Shown piece by piece: positions 58,472 through 64,000 of a DNA stretch of 64,000 nucleotides; within the stretch, counting starts at the first letter, position 1; each line of letters starts with the position of its first letter. A program made the position numbers and the translations under genes. The stretch comes from Alphaproteobacteria bacterium. GTDB taxonomy: Bacteria; Pseudomonadota; Alphaproteobacteria; Rs-D84. The DNA is taken from positions 32,001 through 96,000 of the forward strand of contig JAVBPX010000004.1 of NCBI GenBank assembly GCA_031549365.1. The letters run 5' to 3'. The notes under the pieces were generated by a model that saw only the letters and a program-made list of their open reading frames with translations, made no database searches and was not told the DNA's origin.

Positions 58472-59714
58472 ACCGGAACCAATTACAAACGATACGATTT
58501 TATCTGTTTCCGACGCATCACAATTAATCCGTGGTGTTATGGAAACCGCATTCGCCCGCATAAAAATTCGCGGTGAATTATCCCAAATTACATGTGCAAC
58601 ATCCGGCCATACATACATGACGGTCAAGGACTCGGGCGCATCAATTTCCGGAATCATTTGGCGCGGGACTCCGATACCATTTAAACTGTCGGACGGATTG
58701 GAAGTGGTAATAACCGGTAAAATCACAACATACCCGGCCCGTTCAAATTACCAAATTATTGTATCATCAATTGAAATGGCTGGCGTTGGCGCGATACTTA
58801 AAATGCTGGAAGAACGCAAACAAAAATTATCCGCGATTGGTTACTTTGATCAATCACGAAAAAAACCAATTCCAAAATATCCCGCAACAATTGGCGTTGT
58901 AACATCACCAACTGGCGCAGCCATCCATGACATATTAAATCGTTTGCGCGAACGTTTCCCAACACGTGTTTTAATCTGGCCCGCCGTGGTCCAGGGCGAA
59001 ACCGCATCACGCGAAGTGGTTGCTGGAATTAACGGTTTTAATAAATTAATCGGAAAAAATCGTCCTGACGTTATAATCGTTGCACGTGGCGGCGGATCAA
59101 TCGAAGATCTGCTTCCCTTTTCCGATGAATCGGTTGTAATCGCAACCGCCGAATCAAAAATTCCAATTATATCCGGCGTCGGCCATGATCCCGATTGGAC
59201 ATTAATTGATTTTGCATCCGATATGCGTGCGCCCACTCCAACCGGAGCAGCCGAAATGGTTGTCCCAGATCGCATGTCAATAATCGAAATCGTAAACACA
59301 TTGCATCATCGTATAACAACCGCCGTAACAACAATTTGGAAAACATCACTACAAAAATTAAATGGCATTGTTTTAAAAAGTCCCAAACAATTAATAATGG
59401 AACGCGCACAACGCATTGACGACATCACAAAACAATTATCGCAATTAATGACAATTAAAATTCAATCCTCTGCCGCACGTGTTCCAGATATAAAAAATCT
59501 TACATTCCGAATCACACAAAAAATATCAACTTTTGCACAACGAATTGAACATTTTGGTAAATTATTGGACAGCTATTCATACCACAAAACATTGATGCGC
59601 GGATTTGCAATTGTGCGCGATAACACAGGGAAAATTATAACAACCGCAACCCAATATCGCGACAACACACCTGATTCAATTACCTTTGCCGACGGCGAAG
59701 TCAAAATATCCTAG
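58464..59714 (+). CDS. xseA: Exodeoxyribonuclease VII large subunit
   Basis: SGHTY, TSPTGAAIHD, ARGGGSIEDL, SGVGH, APTPTGAAE, LMRGFAIV. Confidence 0.96.
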   Translation: MIKPEPITNDTILSVSDASQLIRGVMETAFARIKIRGELSQITCATSGHTYMTVKDSGASISGIIWRGTPIPFKLSDGLEVVITGKITTYPARSNYQIIVSSIEMAGVGAILKMLEERKQKLSAIGYFDQSRKKPIPKYPATIGVVTSPTGAAIHDILNRLRERFPTRVLIWPAVVQGETASREVVAGINGFNKLIGKNRPDVIIVARGGGSIEDLLPFSDESVVIATAESKIPIISGVGHDPDWTLIDFASDMRAPTPTGAAEMVVPDRMSIIEIVNTLHHRITTAVTTIWKTSLQKLNGIVLKSPKQLIMERAQRIDDITKQLSQLMTIKIQSSAARVPDIKNLTFRITQKISTFAQRIEHFGKLLDSYSYHKTLMRGFAIVRDNTGKIITTATQYRDNTPDSITFADGEVKIS

Positions 59715-59792
59715 GAATAAGCCCCTATACCAATCCAACTGAAAAATCTGATACAATCCTTATACCCTATCATGGGGACAGAGGAGATAAAA

Positions 59793-60017
59793 ATGCATAA
59801 CATTAAACACACATTAAAACATTATGTAATTAAACCATTATTGATTATTGGCGGATTAAATTGGGGATTGGTCGGATTATTAAATTTTGATCTGGTTGCC
59901 GCAATTTTCGGATCGGGAACAATGTTGTCTCGTTTAATCTATATCTTGGTCGGTTTGTCGGCTGTTGCAATGGCAACATTCATGGCAATGCCCCACGACC
60001 AAAAACGCATGAAATAA
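59793..60017 (+). CDS. DUF378 small membrane protein
   Basis: IIGGLNWGLVGL..FDLVAAIFG...RLIYILVGLSA; RBS GAGGAG. Confidence 0.9.
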   Translation: MHNIKHTLKHYVIKPLLIIGGLNWGLVGLLNFDLVAAIFGSGTMLSRLIYILVGLSAVAMATFMAMPHDQKRMK

Positions 60018-60020
60018 AAT

Positions 60021-60050
60021 ATAAAAACCCCGATTACTCGGGGTTTTTAT
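60021..60050. terminator. Bidirectional terminator (DUF378 / tRNA-Met)
   Basis: ATAAAAACCCCGA-ttac-TCGGGGTTTTTAT. Confidence 0.85.
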
Positions 60051-60052
60051 TT

Positions 60053-60129
60053 TGGTAGCGGCTCCCAGATTCGAACTGGGGACCTGCGGATTATGATTCC
60101 GTCGCTCTAACCGACTGAGCTAAGCCGCC
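60053..60129 (-). tRNA. tRNA-Met (elongator, CAT)
   Basis: Reverse complement GGCGGCTTAGCTCAGTCGGTTAGAGCGACGGAATCATAATCCGCAGGTCCCCAGTTCGAATCTGGGAGCCGCTACCA. Confidence 0.93.
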
Positions 60130-60168
60130 GCTATGAACACATTATCATTCCTGACAACACGGCCTATT

Positions 60169-60200
60169 ATATTGTTTTTGATTTCAAAATCAAGCAAAAA
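60169..60200. repeat. 32-bp direct repeat, left copy (tRNA-Met promoter)
   Basis: ATATTGTTTTTGATTTCAAAATCAAGCAAAAA, identical to 62623-62654; minus strand reads TTGATT-N16-TATAAT. Confidence 0.92.
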
Positions 60201-60202
60201 AT

Positions 60203-60763
60203 CTAAACTTTGGCCAATTTTCTCAGCATCAGCTCTGGTTTTCCCGCATTCAGCTCATCGGACACAGATAACCCCAGAGAATCTATAAAACTTTGTATTT
60301 CTCGTTTCACTCCTTGGACATCAACATCATCCGAAGTAGAATATTCTACTTCTAAGAACAGACCTAAATTATCAACCCGTTCAAATTCAATAACATAATT
60401 TTTGTACTGATATGTTCTCTTCAAATTATTTATAACCAGCAACTCTTCCAAACCCAAAGCATCTATTATGCAAACAACCTCTTTTTCTGACCCAACATCT
60501 GTTTCATATTCATCTGAATACAACCATGTATCTCCATCAAAATGATCATTTTTAAATGTGATTTGCGTTTTTCCTGCTTTTTTCCTCAATCGAAAGCAAG
60601 CATTCAATCTGCCATTTTCACCCGGTTTCAGCCCATCTCTCAATGGGTCAAAATAGTAAACATCCCTTGTCTCTTTGTCCCCAACAAACTCAAAATCCGC
60701 CAATGCTTTTAAAACCCTGTCTTCATCATCAAAAACTTGAACCAAAATTTCAATTTCTTTCAT
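60203..60763 (-). CDS. CYTH-domain protein (class IV adenylate cyclase, CyaB-like)
   Basis: N-terminal EIEIL (ExExK variant), DVYY, FRLRK, ITFK, EYET, KRTY, LGLFLEVE. Confidence 0.85.
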   Translation of the reverse strand: MKEIEILVQVFDDEDRVLKALADFEFVGDKETRDVYYFDPLRDGLKPGENGRLNACFRLRKKAGKTQITFKNDHFDGDTWLYSDEYETDVGSEKEVVCIIDALGLEELLVINNLKRTYQYKNYVIEFERVDNLGLFLEVEYSTSDDVDVQGVKREIQSFIDSLGLSVSDELNAGKPELMLRKLAKV

Positions 60764-60767
60764 TTTC

Positions 60768-62573
60768 TCACCTCATTTTTTGCAAAGCTTTCAAAACGCT
60801 TTCCTTTGTGTCCCACGTAATTCCCATAGACATCCACCAACAAGTTTGATGTTTTTTCAAAACCTCATTCGCCGCGTCTCTCCCAAAAAGATGCCCCATA
60901 ACGTGTACAGCCTCTTCCAGGTTAGAAAACAACAAAGGCACCTTGATGTTGTTTTTATACCAACTAAGATGACTGTTCCTTGGGCTCTTAATTGATTCGG
61001 AGCGCTTTGATGCCCATTCATTAAAACTATCCGAAATTATATCATCCGGAATATACTTATGCCACATTCTATTTAGTTCATCATTAAATCTTTCACTCCA
61101 TCCAATCGTAACAAAAATACCATCTTCAGACAAATTATTATAGACTGCCTCCAATTCTTCTTTACAAGTAACATCATCCGAAATTCTTGAAGGAAATCCA
61201 AACGAGCTAATAATAAACGAAGACTTTTCATCATCCGGCAATTTAAAATTCTTAATCGCCCCCTGAACTAGTTTAATATCATTTATGTATGATTTTTGCC
61301 TATTAATAGTTCTATCTAAAAAGCCCAGCATATCTGGACTATAATCGACGCCATAAAGAGTTCCTGAATAAGAAACTGTATTCATAATTTTTCTAAATGT
61401 TTTTCCAGTACCCGTAGCCAAATCTACTGGATTTACAATTTTAATCCCTTCTTTTTTTATTTTTCTAAAAACAGAATCAAAACAAACATTTTCTACATCT
61501 TCTGCTTCAGAAAAAATATTATAAACACTTGGATCTGCATACCATTTATCACTATTATCTGCAATCAAGCCATTCTCATTAACTCTGCATTTGCTTAAAA
61601 TTTTTCTTTCCGACCTTAAGTGCTCATTTTTAATTTTACTAATAGCTATTGAAGCCTCCGCTATAACGCCCAAATTATCTTCACAGTCTAATAACGACTC
61701 AATTCTATCCAAATTCTTTCTGGAATTTATTCTCGTCAACCCGCGCAAAGACATTTTTCTAATCGTTTTGTTTGCGTCGTCTAGGCCGGACAAAAAAACA
61801 TCCTCGAAAACCCCTTTCGGTTCTTTTGAAATAGCAACATAAATAGCATTTATAATTTCATAATCTTTTGATTCTTTAAGCATTTCGTTAATTCTTTTAA
61901 TAATATCATTATCAAATAATCTCAAATGAGCCAAAAGCCATAACGTATTTAATATAATTTTTTTATCAGAACTAGACATAAATTCTCTTTTTAAAGACGG
62001 ATATATTTTATCCTTAATATCAGCGTTATTCGCACATAACAAAATCGATATCAAATTTCTTTTATTAGATAAATTAGATAATGCAAAGTCCAACTCCATC
62101 GCAGGAAACCTCTTTAGACTTCGTTTTAAATTATTTATAGAACTAGAACCAGTAACTTTTTCCAAAGCAAATGAAGCCAACCACCAAGATTCCGAATTTT
62201 TTGCATAATTTAAAACTTCATACAAAAAATCTGAAATATATACACTCTTAGTATTTAATTCACCAAGCGACCACACCAAGCCAATAGATTCGTACAAATA
62301 TGTACGTTTTTTATCTGGAACTCTTTTAAGCTCTGATATTATATTTTCAGGATTAAAGTGTTGCAAAATGCTACCAATATTCCAATCTGCCGCTTCCGAA
62401 AATTGATAGTTAGTCAAATAGTTAAAAAATAATTCAATATATCTAAGCTCATTTTCTTGCAACCTTCTTGCAATATAAGCCAAAGACTTTTCCGAAAACT
62501 GTCTTTCGGACAATAAAGATAAATCAGATTTCTCAATTGCACTTAAAATTCTATCCAGATGATCATTTTTCAT
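60768..62573 (-). CDS. HEAT/ARM-repeat protein fused to a C-terminal class I SAM-dependent methyltransferase
   Basis: Helical repeats (LVWSLGEL, ASFALEK, TLWLLAHL, LDDANKTIRKMSLRGL); motif I VDLATGTG, GVDYSPDML, FIISSFGF, NLSEDGIFV; start at MKNDH. Confidence 0.8.
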   Translation of the reverse strand: MKNDHLDRILSAIEKSDLSLLSERQFSEKSLAYIARRLQENELRYIELFFNYLTNYQFSEAADWNIGSILQHFNPENIISELKRVPDKKRTYLYESIGLVWSLGELNTKSVYISDFLYEVLNYAKNSESWWLASFALEKVTGSSSINNLKRSLKRFPAMELDFALSNLSNKRNLISILLCANNADIKDKIYPSLKREFMSSSDKKIILNTLWLLAHLRLFDNDIIKRINEMLKESKDYEIINAIYVAISKEPKGVFEDVFLSGLDDANKTIRKMSLRGLTRINSRKNLDRIESLLDCEDNLGVIAEASIAISKIKNEHLRSERKILSKCRVNENGLIADNSDKWYADPSVYNIFSEAEDVENVCFDSVFRKIKKEGIKIVNPVDLATGTGKTFRKIMNTVSYSGTLYGVDYSPDMLGFLDRTINRQKSYINDIKLVQGAIKNFKLPDDEKSSFIISSFGFPSRISDDVTCKEELEAVYNNLSEDGIFVTIGWSERFNDELNRMWHKYIPDDIISDSFNEWASKRSESIKSPRNSHLSWYKNNIKVPLLFSNLEEAVHVMGHLFGRDAANEVLKKHQTCWWMSMGITWDTKESVLKALQKMR

Positions 62574-62622
62574 ATTTTTCTCGCTTAAATAGAACTCTCT
62601 CAACCTCACACGCACAAGTATA

Positions 62623-62654
62623 ATATTGTTTTTGATTTCAAAATCAAGCAAAAA
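62623..62654. repeat. 32-bp direct repeat, right copy (probable island promoter)
   Basis: Identical to 60169-60200; the -10 reads TATTAT here; about 50 bp upstream of the island ATG. Confidence 0.92.
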
Positions 62655-62656
62655 TA

Positions 62657-63352
62657 TCAATATATTAACGATATAATTATTGGAGCAACGATCGCCGTTA
62701 ATATTCCGGACAACACAATGGCCAGGCTGGACATCGCCCCTTCTACCTGTCCCATCTCCATTGCTTTGACTGTCCCAGCCGCATGCGATGCGTTTCCAAT
62801 GGCCAAACCACGTGCTATTGGATTTTTAATCAAAAACACACGACAAACTATATCGCCAATTGATGCACCCAACACACCTGTTATCACAACAGCAGCAACG
62901 GTTAAAGCAACTACTCCTCCCAATCCATTCGTTATTCCAATTGCAATCGCTGTGGTAACTGAAATTGCAGCCAAAGAGCGTACAAAAATATCACCTAGTC
63001 CAAATAACGCACAAACCAACACAACCGAACATACGGACCCAACAACACCGAACAATATTGATATTAAAATCTCTGGCCCATGCTTTCTTAATAACGGCAA
63101 TTGTTTATACATTGGTACCGCAAAACAAACCGTTACCGGCACCAAAAACCAAGTCAAATATTTTGCAGAACTATTATAAACAGAATATGGAATATTAAAC
63201 ATAACCAAAATCGCAATAACTAAAATTGTACCAATAAACAATGGGGTTGTTAAAGGTCCCGGAAATTTTTTATTTAAATAAAGACCGAATAAAAACACCA
63301 TCAGAGTCAACAAAGTCCCAAAATATCCTGAAATCCCCCAGAAAGCCTGCAT
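62657..63352 (-). CDS. lrgB: LrgB/CidB family membrane protein
   Basis: LVPVTVCFAVPMY, SVTTAIAIGI, ARGLAIGNASHAAGT. Confidence 0.92.
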   Translation of the reverse strand: MQAFWGISGYFGTLLTLMVFLFGLYLNKKFPGPLTTPLFIGTILVIAILVMFNIPYSVYNSSAKYLTWFLVPVTVCFAVPMYKQLPLLRKHGPEILISILFGVVGSVCSVVLVCALFGLGDIFVRSLAAISVTTAIAIGITNGLGGVVALTVAAVVITGVLGASIGDIVCRVFLIKNPIARGLAIGNASHAAGTVKAMEMGQVEGAMSSLAIVLSGILTAIVAPIIISLIY

Positions 63353-63363
63353 AAAATCCCCTT

Positions 63364-63720
63364 TTATTTCTTGTTATGTCGAAGATTAATTAATAATTGC
63401 GCTGCAGCCCCCGTAAACAACATGGACACAAAATACGCAATAACCAATAAAACCAACAACCACATCCAAACCAATTTAATTTCAGGCCAAATTTCAATAA
63501 TCGCAACCGCTGGCGCAATAAATAACAACGCCATTGTACTGTGAAAAAAATTTGCAATATCTTCGACCCAATGCAATGGAACAATTTTAAAACACAACGC
63601 CAAAAATAATAAAATTAAACCATAAATACTGCCAGCAATTGGCAATGGAATTAAATATCCCAACAATTCTCCCAATAATATAAATACCAATATAATAAAA
63701 AATTGATTTAAATATTTCAT
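63364..63720 (-). CDS. lrgA: CidA/LrgA family holin-like protein
   Basis: QFFIIL..LGELL..IPLPIAGSIYGL, MALLFIAPAV. Confidence 0.9.
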   Translation of the reverse strand: MKYLNQFFIILVFILLGELLGYLIPLPIAGSIYGLILLFLALCFKIVPLHWVEDIANFFHSTMALLFIAPAVAIIEIWPEIKLVWMWLLVLLVIAYFVSMLFTGAAAQLLINLRHNKK

Positions 63721-63856
63721 TTTGCATCCCGCTAGTTACAAAACAATTTTATCATAAATCAAACCTATAACCAACTGCAAAAAATAATAAAAATATGTAA
63801 AACCAATCAAAACACGGCCGACGAATTGGTTCATCAATTTTTTTAAAAATGCTGGG

Positions 63857-64000
63857 AACATTCAAAATGTGCCAGATGGACGGGTTCTTTTATTTTCGGG
63901 CAGCAAAAACGTTCAGAATTATGTAATTGTAAAGAATTTCCCTGTTTTTCAGACCCGCGGTGTATATAAACATACATAAGGGTTTGAAAAACAGGGGAAC
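63857..64000 (+). repeat. Long-hairpin interspersed element, copy 7 (cut by the window end)
   Basis: ATTCAAAATG left motif; TGTAAAGAA; inner TTCCCTGTTTTTCA / TGAAAAACAGGGGA; apex CCCGCGG-TGTAT-ataaac-ATACA-TAAGGG. Confidence 0.82.

Larger units (their letters stand above)
60169..62654 (-). mobile_element. Two-gene genomic island bounded by 32-bp direct repeats, no integrase
   Basis: Exact flanking repeat; codon usage and GC look atypical; lrgB stop and CYTH stop each lie 2 bp from a repeat copy. Confidence 0.75.

Noticed and set aside
62574-62660. Longer N-terminus for the HEAT-MTase given in the ORF track
   Set aside because: It would run through the direct repeat/promoter and overlap the lrgB stop; ATG 62573 is more plausible
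1836-64000. Hairpin repeats as a CRISPR array or integron attC sites
   Set aside because: Copies are kilobases apart with no spacers or cas genes; no intI and no RYYYAAC/GTTRRRY boxes; adjacent genes are mostly housekeeping

Overview
AT-rich, gene-dense chromosomal segment of an alphaproteobacterium. The assignment rests on gene order and sequence style: trmD-rplS, ruvB-ybgC-tolQRA, acpS-lepB-rnc, DUF2155, the M23-bactofilin pair and an alphaproteobacterial rplY leader. Broken operons and an anaerobe-type PFOR suggest a streamlined host- or gut-associated lineage (inference). The + strand looks C-rich by eye, so it is probably the lagging strand. Most of the window is housekeeping and envelope genes plus two CAT-anticodon tRNAs. 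Four things stand out. (1) A 2.4 kb integrase-less island encodes a HEAT-repeat/SAM-methyltransferase fusion and a CYTH-family (class IV adenylate cyclase-like) protein. It is bounded by an exact 32-bp direct repeat that is the tRNA-Met promoter. (2) A dispersed family of 120-170 bp long-hairpin elements (ERIC/RPE-1-like) has covarying stems, one shared orientation, and mostly abuts stop codons of minus-strand genes. (3) An intact tRNA-Ile2 is nested between a degenerate 5' half and a duplicated 3' end. (4) Unusual proteins include a MotA/ZorA-like stator with tandem AT-hook-like repeats, a membrane-anchored GH24 lysozyme-TPR fusion and a probable alpha/beta-hydrolase pseudoenzyme. Several genes appear leaderless. 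All calls come from reading the sequence and recognising motifs; no database searches were run.
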